Both the position numbers and the translations under genes were made by a program. Under the pieces are notes generated by a model that ran no database searches, had not been told where the DNA came from, and worked only from the letters and a program-made list of their open reading frames with translations. From Bacillota bacterium (GTDB lineage: Bacteria; Bacillota; Sulfobacillia; JAMCWA01), in NCBI GenBank assembly GCA_023475165.1, contig JAMCWA010000088.1, positions 130,298-194,297 on the forward strand: a stretch of DNA of 64,000 nucleotides, given 5' to 3'. Below, one piece after another: positions 11,299 through 18,739 of this stretch (position 1 is its first letter; each line of letters opens with the position of its first letter).

Positions 11299-11624
11299 AA
11301 ACGACCGTTACCCGCCTCTTAGTTGCCGCTTCTTGCCCCCGCGTATGTCAACTACGGCTACTACGTGGTGTAAGTCCCCACATTCTCGCGTCCAAACTCA
11401 TCCGCTCGGTCTTAGTTCCCTCCGGGAAAGCGCTGACAAACTGTGCCCACCTTTGAGGGTGGTCCTGCCTTTCTTGCTTCACCATCCGGCTGGCGACCGG
11501 CTGGCAAAAACCTTGCTCCGGCTGTCACCCGCCCTTTGCATCCAGCATAGATATATGTTAGAAGTTAAGGTGTTACGTAAACCTCCGCCTGGTCCCTACC
11601 TGAGGTAAAACGCCACGCAGACCT

Positions 11625-11638
11625 TTCCGGATTCCAGG
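11625..11638 (+). promoter_or_regulatory. perfect palindrome 'ttccaggcctggaa' in the gvpA leader/promoter region
   Basis: About 75 nt upstream of the gvpA ATG. A weak TTGCAT -35-like hexamer lies at 11536–11541. Confidence 0.3.
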
Positions 11639-11709
11639 CCTGGAAAGCACGGCCTACTCCAGGGGTTATCCCACTGGAATAGAGACTAGCAGGAAAGGGG
11701 TGAGTCTCA

Positions 11710-11910
11710 ATGAAGACAGCTCTCGGGACCACAAGTTTGGCTGATGTCCTGGATCGTATCCTCGACAAGGGCATCGTCATCGACGCCTGGGCCAAGGTGT
11801 CTCTGGTCGGGATAGAGATCCTGGCTGTGGAAGCCAGGGTGGTCGTCGCCTCGGTGGCCACGTGGATCGAGTACGCCGGGGCCGTAGGACTGCTGGAAAC
11901 CGTAACGTAA
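11710..11910 (+). CDS. gvpA: gas vesicle structural protein GvpA
   Basis: 66 aa. '[53 protein letters not shown]' is a near-canonical GvpA core. RBS GGAAAGGGG. Confidence 0.95.
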   Translation: MKTALGTTSLADVLDRILDKGIVIDAWAKVSLVGIEILAVEARVVVASVATWIEYAGAVGLLETVT

Positions 11911-11955
11911 CTTCTCAATGGAACCGGTATTCTTTCGCCGGATTCCTGGCGCGTT

Positions 11956-12020
11956 CTGCTTGAAATCGCGGAGGCATATGCCTTTAGTTCTTCCCCATCG
12001 GGGCATGTGCCTCCGCAATC
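11956..12020 (+). terminator. hairpin/partial terminator (attenuator) between gvpA and gvpN
   Basis: 'gcggaggcatatgcc...gggcatgtgcctccgc' is a long imperfect stem followed by the pyrimidine/T-rich tract 'aatcttctcttcc'. Confidence 0.5.
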
Positions 12021-12078
12021 TTCTCTTCCCTATCCGGGAACTGAGGTCACCTCAAGAACCCATAATTGGAGTGGGACC

Positions 12079-12993
12079 ATGATCGTCAGTAATTCCGTCA
12101 GGATACTGGAACTTGAAGCATTAACGGACGTCGTCGTCACCCCGTCCGTTCGCGAGGTAGCCGAGAGGGCTCTGGCCTACCTGCGCTGCGGTTTTCCCGT
12201 GAACTTCAGCGGCCCCGCCGGCACCGGCAAGACCACCATGGCCCTTTTGGTCGCCCGCGAACTGGGACGTCCCGTCGTCCTGCTCAACGGAAATGAAAGG
12301 ATGTATAGCACCAGCCTTATCGGTGGCCCCTACGGTTACCGCCACAAAAAAGTGGTCGATAACTACATTCGAACCGTCAGTAAAGTTGAGGAAGAAGTTG
12401 TGGAGGAATGGGTCGATAGCTGGTTGTCGGTGGCCTGCCGAAATGGTTATACCCTGCTCTATGATGAGTTTACCAGGTCCCGCCCCGAGGCTAATAACGC
12501 CCTCCTTTCGGTTCTGGAAGAGAGAATCCTCATCCTACCTGTGCCGCGGGGTGAGGAGGGTTCGATAAACGTACATCCCAACTTTGCCGCTATCTTTACC
12601 AGCAACCCTGAGGAGTACGCCGGCGTCTTTCAAGCCCAAGACGCTTTGCTGGATAGAATGGCCACCATCAAGCTGGACTATTATGATCAGGATACTGAGG
12701 CCAGTATCGTCAGATCCAAGACCGGGCTGGAGTCCGACGACGCCGAAAAGATTGTTTGCCTCGTCCGCTTTCTCCGGCAGAAAAAGGAGATCAAGCCAAA
12801 GCCAAGCTTACGGGCCGCTCTGATGATAGGCCGGATGCTGAAAGTGGATGGCGGTCACGCGGAACCAGAGAATCGCTTTTTCCTGGAGACTTGCCTGGAC
12901 GTTCTCGCAGCCGCCGGCACTTCCCGGGAGAAAATGGCCACTCTAATCAGGCTTTGGTTCAAGGGGGTAACTGGCCGGCATCCAGACGAATAG
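12079..12993 (+). CDS. gvpN: gas vesicle AAA+ ATPase GvpN
   Basis: Walker A 'GPAGTGKTTMA' of the CbbQ/NirQ/GvpN family. Start chosen at ATG 12079 ('MIVSNS') with RBS GGAGTGGG. Confidence 0.9.
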   Translation: MIVSNSVRILELEALTDVVVTPSVREVAERALAYLRCGFPVNFSGPAGTGKTTMALLVARELGRPVVLLNGNERMYSTSLIGGPYGYRHKKVVDNYIRTVSKVEEEVVEEWVDSWLSVACRNGYTLLYDEFTRSRPEANNALLSVLEERILILPVPRGEEGSINVHPNFAAIFTSNPEEYAGVFQAQDALLDRMATIKLDYYDQDTEASIVRSKTGLESDDAEKIVCLVRFLRQKKEIKPKPSLRAALMIGRMLKVDGGHAEPENRFFLETCLDVLAAAGTSREKMATLIRLWFKGVTGRHPDE

Positions 12994-13059
12994 CATAGGG
13001 ATGAGAGATGTTCCATGACGCCCTGGGCGGCTGGCGCAAGGAATGAAAAAGCCGCGGTG

Positions 13060-13175
13060 TGGCGACGGGTGGGCGATTGCCGGCCAAGCGATTTCACCTA
13101 GCCGAGCCCGCCACGATGCGGTCGGCGTAGATGACCCAAAGCGAGGACGGCAATCGCCTGTGCGTCGCCCATTGG
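13060..13175. repeat. degenerate inverted-repeat element related to the C-module of the dispersed repeat
   Basis: 'gggcgattgccggc…gcgaggacggcaatcgcctgtgcgtcgccc'. A second copy lies at 62200–62255 in the same orientation relative to its downstream gene. Confidence 0.5.
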
Positions 13176-13183
13176 CAAAGAAG

Positions 13184-13945
13184 GTGTTTGAATTGTCGAC
13201 TTTCATCTACCTCTACGGAGTAATCGACTCCGGACTGCCCCAGTCCCTGGGTTCGGTGAAATTGGGCTCCCTTCCCCGCGAGGTCCGCACCCTGCCCCTG
13301 GAGGAAATAGCAGCTCTGGTCAGTGAGACGGATGAGCAGAACTTTCTCCCCACCCCGGACGATGTCTTGACCCACGAGAAGGTCCTGGAAACGGCCATGG
13401 CCGAGCACACAGTATTACCGATCCGGTTTGGAACTGTGGCCGGCAGTCTTGAGGACGTCCAGGTCTTCCTCAAGGAAAACTACCGGGAGCTTGCAGCCAA
13501 CCTAAGCCAGCTGCGGGGCAAGGTGGAGGTGGGGGTGAAGGCCTTCTGGCACAAGGAAGCGGTTCGTCAGGAGGTGGAACGGGAAGTCGGTCAATTGGCC
13601 CGGCTCAAACAGGAACTGCGGCAAGCTCCCGGTCGGCAGCAAGAGATAGGCCTCGCCGTGGGCCAGGCGACCGAGGCTGTCATCGAGCGCTGGAAGGAAA
13701 CCCATGTCCAGTCTTTTCTGGCTACCCTCCAGGAATATTCTCTGAAAACGAAGATTAATCCGCCCATTAGCATCCACATGCTCCTGAATGCCTCCTTCCT
13801 GGTGGAGCGAGATCAGGAGCCTGGTTTTCGCTGTCGCGTTTTGGAACTGAGCCAGGTCTATACAAAGAAGTTTGGCATAAAGTACGCCGGACCCCTTCCC
13901 CCTTACAACTTTGTTGACGTCAGGCCGGTCCTGCCACAGAGGTGA
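13184..13945 (+). CDS. gvpF: gas vesicle protein GvpF/GvpL family
   Basis: 'YLYGVIDS...VSETDEQNF...HEKVLETAMAEHTVLPIRFGT' is the GvpL_GvpF signature. GTG start at 13184 with AAGAAGG RBS; the upstream part of the listed ORF is repeat-derived. Confidence 0.85.
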   Translation: MFELSTFIYLYGVIDSGLPQSLGSVKLGSLPREVRTLPLEEIAALVSETDEQNFLPTPDDVLTHEKVLETAMAEHTVLPIRFGTVAGSLEDVQVFLKENYRELAANLSQLRGKVEVGVKAFWHKEAVRQEVEREVGQLARLKQELRQAPGRQQEIGLAVGQATEAVIERWKETHVQSFLATLQEYSLKTKINPPISIHMLLNASFLVERDQEPGFRCRVLELSQVYTKKFGIKYAGPLPPYNFVDVRPVLPQR

Positions 13946-14235
13946 CTGGGATGCCGGAAATGAAGCTCTCTTCCCTCGATCTACTCTTCCTTCCGTTAGC
14001 CCTGCCTGCCAAGGGTCTTTGGTTTATCTTGGAGCAGATCACCGACCTGGTCGATAAAGAACTCTACGACGAAGGTACCCTGCGACGAAAACTCCTCGAT
14101 CTGCAGGTTCTTTATGAGCTGGGGGAAATACAAGACGAAGAGTATCGCCAGTCCTGGAAGGACATTACAGCGCGACTGCAGTTCCTGCGCCAACAACAGC
14201 TGAGCGATGAAAACGAAGGAAGGCAGGGGGTCTGA
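13942..14235 (+). CDS. gvpG: gas vesicle protein GvpG
   Basis: 97 aa. 'LVDKELYDEGTLRRKLLDLQVLYELGEIQDEEYRQ' matches GvpG. Start overlaps the gvpF stop (ATGA). Confidence 0.8.
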   Translation: MTGMPEMKLSSLDLLFLPLALPAKGLWFILEQITDLVDKELYDEGTLRRKLLDLQVLYELGEIQDEEYRQSWKDITARLQFLRQQQLSDENEGRQGV

Positions 14236-14240
14236 TTGAC

Positions 14241-14669
14241 GTGGCCTTGCAGGCAACCAAGGGCAGCAGCGGAACCTTGGTCGATGTCATCGACCGGCTC
14301 CTGGATAAGGGTCTGGTGATCAATGCCGACATCCTGGTCTCATTGGCGGGGGTGGAGCTCTTGGGGATCAAGATCCGGGCAGCTCTGGCCTCCCTGGATA
14401 CCGCCGCCAGGTACGGTCTTGAGTTTCCCTCCGGCACCAATTATAACACCCAGGCCTGGCGAGCCCTTGATACGGGAAGAGAAAGCTGCCCTCAATGCGG
14501 AAAAACGGCGACAACCGCGGAACTCCTGGAAGAGGGCTGTCCGTGGTGCGGTTGGAAGAGTGCCAAAGCCCGCCTGAAAGAAGCCCAGATGGCCCTTCCT
14601 GAGGTTGAGAAGGTTAACGTAAACCCACCGGAGGAACTGTATAACCCGGACGGACCGGCGGTCGGCTAG
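14241..14669 (+). CDS. gvpJ: GvpA-family paralogue (GvpJ-like) with C-terminal CxxC…CxxC zinc ribbon
   Basis: 'LVDVIDRLLDKGLVINADILVSLAGVELLGIKIRAALASLDTAARYG' is a GvpA fold, followed by 'CPQCGK…CPWCGW'. Confidence 0.85.
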   Translation: MALQATKGSSGTLVDVIDRLLDKGLVINADILVSLAGVELLGIKIRAALASLDTAARYGLEFPSGTNYNTQAWRALDTGRESCPQCGKTATTAELLEEGCPWCGWKSAKARLKEAQMALPEVEKVNVNPPEELYNPDGPAVG

Positions 14670-14800
14670 AAGACCGCTGAAAAACACCCATCTGCGGTGT
14701 GGCGCAATCGCCAGGAGAAGTTCTCCGAAAATGTGGCGTAACTATAGGCGATTGTGTCGCTCCGGCGGCTTGGTGCTCAGCCCATTTCGGGAATTTGGAG
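14666..14800. mobile_element. truncated MITE-like repeat (TIR plus C-module) inserted between gvpJ and gvpK
   Basis: 'ctagaagaccgctgaaaaacacccatctgcggtgtggcgcaatc…gattgtgtcgctccggcggc' matches 30224–30330. Its CTAG contains the gvpJ TAG stop. Confidence 0.7.
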
Positions 14801-14816
14801 CCAGGATGCTCTACCC

Positions 14817-15119
14817 ATGACCATACAAATCAACGAGAACAACCTGAAGGATGGCCTTTTGGCCCTGGTTCTGGCCCTGGTAGAAATCATAGGCGACGTC
14901 CTTCAACATCAGGCCTTCCGCCGGATGGAGGGTGGCCGTTTGACGGAGGATGAGGTCGAGAGACTGGGTCAAGCCCTCCTGGACTTGGAGGAAGCCTTAG
15001 AGAAGATTAAGCGGGAACAGGGGATCTTTGAGGCGGTCCGGGCCGTACGCCATGGTTTGGATGACGTGGTGGACGACTTCCTCGATCGGGTCATGAATCC
15101 CGCGCGTTGGAGGGATTAA
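14817..15119 (+). CDS. gvpK: gas vesicle protein GvpK
   Basis: 'NLKDGLLALVLALVEIIGDVLQHQAFRRMEGGRLTEDEVERLGQAL' matches GvpK. Start is ATG 14817 after a GGAG RBS; the 21 N-terminal codons of the listed ORF lie inside the repeat. Confidence 0.85.
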   Translation: MTIQINENNLKDGLLALVLALVEIIGDVLQHQAFRRMEGGRLTEDEVERLGQALLDLEEALEKIKREQGIFEAVRAVRHGLDDVVDDFLDRVMNPARWRD

Positions 15120-15123
15120 GGCG

Positions 15124-16518
15124 ATGGGTGAATCCCCGGATTTCCGCCTGGCCTATCTATACACCATCCTGGCCCTTTCCGCCGCCGGCAAGGAAGTCAA
15201 CCGGGAAAACCTTTTGGAGCTTCTGCCTTTGCTGGGGCTTCCCGTTGAGGAAGCCTATTTGGAAGCCCTCCTCCGACTGACCCAGATGCTGGCGCCGGCT
15301 TCTAAGAAAACAGGGGAGCCATCCTCTCTCGGCAGTCCAGTCCTGGCCGAGGGACCTGACGCATCCTGCAGCCCAGCCTCCAGCTCAGAGGGATTCCGGT
15401 TGGGGCGTCCTGACAAGACCAGGACCGAGCCCCCTGCCGATAAGCCTCCCCCAGGAAGCTGGCCTCAAGTAAAGCCGGCCGGGCCGGGATGCTGGCCCAG
15501 GACAGAACCCGCCCCGAGAGGGCATCCTGGGGGAACCAGGCCGGAACCCACAACTGAGAACCCCTTTGCGGCGAGGCCAGAAGGTACTCCGGCTGAGCGC
15601 CCCACCGAGACCAGTCCGGAAGCGTCCGTGACCGGGCCTGCCAGCCAAGCCACCCCGGAACTCTCGGCTGACCATCACCTTCCGACCCGGCCGGGGCTCG
15701 AGCACGCCGAGTTTCCCGGTGAGGCTGAGGCTCAGGCCAAATCCGACTCCCAGCTTTCCGGTCGCTATCTCTATGGGATAGTCCTGACCGATGCTTCCAG
15801 GAGCCTGGGCTACATAGGTCTGGACAAGGGCCTGGTTTATGTCATCTGCGACGGTGGGGTGGGCGCCATTGTCCAGGCCTGTTCCCCAAGACCCTATGTT
15901 TCAGAAGACGAAGAGGTGGTCAAGAAGTGGATCAGTACCCACCACGAGATCCTGGAGTCGGTCATCCAGATATTCGGTACCGTCCTCCCAGTCGGCTTCA
16001 ACACCATCTTCCAGAGCGGCGCCGGCGACCCCGATCAGGTCGTGATCCAATGGCTCTCCGAGAACCGTTCTGACCTCCTGGGCAAGATCGAAAGGGTCCG
16101 GGGAAAATGGGAGTATGGAGTACAGGTGTTCCTCAGTCCCGGCGAAATCGGCGAGAGTCTCCTGGCCAACGACCCCGACCTCAGGAGAACAAAAGAAGAA
16201 GCGAGAACAAAGTCCCCCGGTCTGGCCTATATGTATACCCATAAGTTGGAGAGGACCCTCAAGGAGCGCATCGCGCAGATCTCTGAGCTATACTTTCAGG
16301 AGTTCTACCAGACCATCAAGGTCCATTGCGAAGAGGTACGCGTTGAGAAGACCCGGCCTTGGCCGGACGGTCGACAGATGATCCTGAACCTCTCCTGCCT
16401 AGTCCGAGAGAGCCAGGTCCAACAGTTGGGCGAGGACCTCGAATCCCTCCACCGGCGTACCGGGGTTTCTGTCCGATTCACCGGTCCCTGGCCACCCTAC
16501 AGCTTTGTAAGCCAATAG
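15124..16518 (+). CDS. gvpL: GvpL/GvpF-family protein with N-terminal aL12/P-stalk-like domain and long disordered linker
   Basis: C-terminal 'YLYGIVLTDA...VSEDEEVVKKWISTHHEILESV…LPVGFNT' is a GvpL_GvpF domain. Residues 1–60 read 'FRLAYLYTILALSAAGKEVNRENLLELL…VEEAYLEALLRL'. Residues about 60–200 are P/E/T/S/A-rich. Confidence 0.8.
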   Translation: MGESPDFRLAYLYTILALSAAGKEVNRENLLELLPLLGLPVEEAYLEALLRLTQMLAPASKKTGEPSSLGSPVLAEGPDASCSPASSSEGFRLGRPDKTRTEPPADKPPPGSWPQVKPAGPGCWPRTEPAPRGHPGGTRPEPTTENPFAARPEGTPAERPTETSPEASVTGPASQATPELSADHHLPTRPGLEHAEFPGEAEAQAKSDSQLSGRYLYGIVLTDASRSLGYIGLDKGLVYVICDGGVGAIVQACSPRPYVSEDEEVVKKWISTHHEILESVIQIFGTVLPVGFNTIFQSGAGDPDQVVIQWLSENRSDLLGKIERVRGKWEYGVQVFLSPGEIGESLLANDPDLRRTKEEARTKSPGLAYMYTHKLERTLKERIAQISELYFQEFYQTIKVHCEEVRVEKTRPWPDGRQMILNLSCLVRESQVQQLGEDLESLHRRTGVSVRFTGPWPPYSFVSQ

Positions 16519-16600
16519 GGTGCTGGAAAAGCACCCGCGGCAGTGCGACTACATTTCACGGGAGCCTTTTCCAAAAATCCTGGCAGATGAGGGCTGTCCC

Positions 16601-16912
16601 ATGAAGCCTACGGGTACTGCGCAAGCTACCTTAACCGACCTGCTGGACCGAGCCTTCGACAAGGGGCTGGTCTTAACCGCCGATGTCATCATCAGCGTCT
16701 CCGGGATTCCCTTACTCGGTCTCAACATACGGGCCATTTTGGCCGGTATGGAGACCTTGCTGGAGTACGGAATCATGGCCGACTGGGATAAAGCCCAGAG
16801 GAAGGCCTTTAGGAAAACACCGCAGAGGAACCCGCTGATCTTTTCTGAAAAAGGGCCGTGGCCGATTACTGGAGGGTCAAACCTATGCTCCACGAATCTC
16901 TGCCCCGATTAA
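16601..16912 (+). CDS. gvpS: GvpA-family paralogue (GvpS/GvpM-like)
   Basis: 'ATLTDLLDRAFDKGLVLTADVIISVSGIPLLGLNIRAILAGMETLLEYG'. ATG 16601 with a GAGGG RBS. Confidence 0.8.
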   Translation: MKPTGTAQATLTDLLDRAFDKGLVLTADVIISVSGIPLLGLNIRAILAGMETLLEYGIMADWDKAQRKAFRKTPQRNPLIFSEKGPWPITGGSNLCSTNLCPD

Positions 16913-17298
16913 GGGGGTTCCGCCAGTTGAAAAGTGGCCTGGATCTGACTCGCAGGCGAGAACCCAAAACCAGGCACTCCCTTACCCGCTTAGAGGAAAA
17001 CACCCCGGTGAGGGTAAACCGGCTCTCCCTGGCCAGGAGAATGCGAAGGGCAAGAGACTTTTTTGCCCGCCTACAGGCAAGCGTCACTGGCTTTCAAGAG
17101 AGAATGCTGCGGCAACGGGAAAAGCTCAAGGCGTTAAAAGAAGAAAACCGCCGGCTGGCACAATACCGACTGCGCGGCCAGCGGGAGGAGCAGAACGGGT
17201 CAAAAAACGCCCGGGAAAAGCCTGGACCGGCCCTTTCCGGCGCAGCGCTAAATCAACCCCAGGGAGGAGCAACAAGAAGATGGATTTGGATAAAGTGA
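16885..17298 (+). CDS. hypothetical basic, Arg-rich coiled-coil protein in gvp locus
   Basis: It fills the 370 nt gap between gvpS and gvpO. GGAGGG RBS before ATG 16885. 'RMLRQREKLKALKEENRRLAQYRLRGQREEQ' is a predicted coiled coil. No recognisable family. Confidence 0.4.
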   Translation: MLHESLPRLRGFRQLKSGLDLTRRREPKTRHSLTRLEENTPVRVNRLSLARRMRRARDFFARLQASVTGFQERMLRQREKLKALKEENRRLAQYRLRGQREEQNGSKNAREKPGPALSGAALNQPQGGATRRWIWIK

Positions 17299-17549
17299 TC
17301 CAGCGAGGCGTCTCCACCGTCAAGGAGCTCACCGGCTTGAAACCTTCCACGGTTACGGGAATCAGTCTGGAAGCAGGCAAATGGCTTCTCAGCTTGGAAA
17401 TGGTGGAGATGTCTTCCATTCCCAATGCCATGGACATCCTGGGTCTCTATGACGTCCAACTGGACGAAAACGGGTCACTGCTCTCTTTCCAACGTAGAGG
17501 CCTCCGCCGCCGTGGTGATACCCCAGAGGGTAAACTGGATACAGATTGA
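17280..17549 (+). CDS. gvpO: gas vesicle protein GvpO
   Basis: 'SIPNAMDILGLYDVQLDENGSLLSFQRRGLRRRGD' matches the GvpO C-terminal motif 'DIIGRYEITLD..G.V..YE...RYRRGD'. Confidence 0.75.
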   Translation: MDLDKVIQRGVSTVKELTGLKPSTVTGISLEAGKWLLSLEMVEMSSIPNAMDILGLYDVQLDENGSLLSFQRRGLRRRGDTPEGKLDTD

Positions 17550-17610
17550 GTGTAGACCGGCCGCGGTCGAGTAAAGGGCCGGGCCCGCCTTTCCCTACAA
17601 GGCGGCCGGG

Positions 17611-18606
17611 TCAGGACCGCCTGGGGGCCACGGGAGCTGAGGCCGGGAGCAATCCCTTGGCCGGAGAAAACCTGGTGCTGAGGTATACCCCTGCCAGCAC
17701 CAGGGTTACGCCCAACAGGTGATAAAGATGGATCGGCTCTGCAAACAACACCGCTGAGAGAAACATGGCCGATACGGGGACCAGGTTGACAAAGATGGCC
17801 GAAGTACTCGCTCCGACCCGATCAATCCCCCGGTACCAGAGGTAAAAGGCCAGCACGGTGACAAAGACCACCAGGAACAGCAGCGCCGCCCACCCATAAA
17901 CATCCAGATTCCCCAAGGCCAGCCGTTCGCCCTTTCCGACGAGGAAAAGGCCCAGGAAGGCGGCCCCACTGAGGCAGGCATAGGTGGTGGTGGCCAGAGG
18001 GGAGTAACGCCGCATGGCTACCTTTCCGCCCAGCGAGAAAGCGGCCCAGGAGAGCGGCGCTCCCAGCAGGATGAGATGGGTCGGGCTAAAACCGGACTGC
18101 CACAGACTACCAAAGGAACCGGCCGATGATATGGTCAGGACCCCCAGAAAGGCCAGTATCACCCCCAGGCCCTGCCAGAAAGAAATGGCCTCCTTCAGGA
18201 GAAGCGCTGAGAAAAGGGTGATGACGATGGGGTTAGAGGCAATGATAACGGCACTTTCTCCGGCCGGGTTGTATTTCAGGCCGTAAAAAAAGGAGAGGTT
18301 GTACAGGAACACACCTGTTAAGCCCAGGAACAGCAGGAGGGGCAGATCTTGCCAGCGCGGCAGTGTCCGTCTTCCTTCCTGGGACCAAAGGAGAGGGACC
18401 AGAAGCAATGAGCTGAAAAGAAACCTGGCCGTAGCCGCCGCTAGAGGGGAAAGCTCCTGAACCAAAAACTTGCCCGCCACAAAGGATCCCCCCCAGATAA
18501 GACCGACCAGGGTCAAGGAGATATAGGTCAAGGTAACATAAGGCCTTGTTGCCAAAAGTTCCCAACCCCCCAGAACATACCTGCCCAGGCTGCCATCAAA
18601 GCCCAT
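17611..18606 (-). CDS. DMT superfamily (EamA-type) transporter
   Basis: 331 aa with 10 predicted TM helices and duplicated EamA halves. Confidence 0.8.
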   Translation of the reverse strand: MGFDGSLGRYVLGGWELLATRPYVTLTYISLTLVGLIWGGSFVAGKFLVQELSPLAAATARFLFSSLLLVPLLWSQEGRRTLPRWQDLPLLLFLGLTGVFLYNLSFFYGLKYNPAGESAVIIASNPIVITLFSALLLKEAISFWQGLGVILAFLGVLTISSAGSFGSLWQSGFSPTHLILLGAPLSWAAFSLGGKVAMRRYSPLATTTYACLSGAAFLGLFLVGKGERLALGNLDVYGWAALLFLVVFVTVLAFYLWYRGIDRVGASTSAIFVNLVPVSAMFLSAVLFAEPIHLYHLLGVTLVLAGVYLSTRFSPAKGLLPASAPVAPRRS

Positions 18607-18739
18607 TTCCTGGCCGAGCCGGTGCCCGCCTCCGCCAGGCGCTCCGTCCCCTGCTGCTCCATCGGCAACGCCCGAGCACCCTCAAGGCCGGGGGGAGTTC
18701 ACGACCAGGCTCCCTGGCTGCCACTCCGCGCGTCATTTC

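Noticed and set aside
11333-11608. 91-aa ORF upstream of gvpA as a possible gvp regulator
   Set aside because: Cys/Pro/Arg-rich sequence with no recognisable domain, no RBS, and it overlaps the putative gvpA promoter region. More likely non-coding.
11700-17550. gvp locus as a recently acquired genomic island
   Set aside because: There is no integrase, tRNA or flanking direct repeats. Base composition and codon style look like those of the flanking genes. The only mobile DNA inside is the same MITE family found throughout the window.
17550-17610. Bidirectional terminator between gvpO and the DMT transporter gene
   Set aside because: There are short GC-rich palindromes ('cgcctt…aaggcg'), but no convincing U-tract on either strand. 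The evidence is too weak to call.
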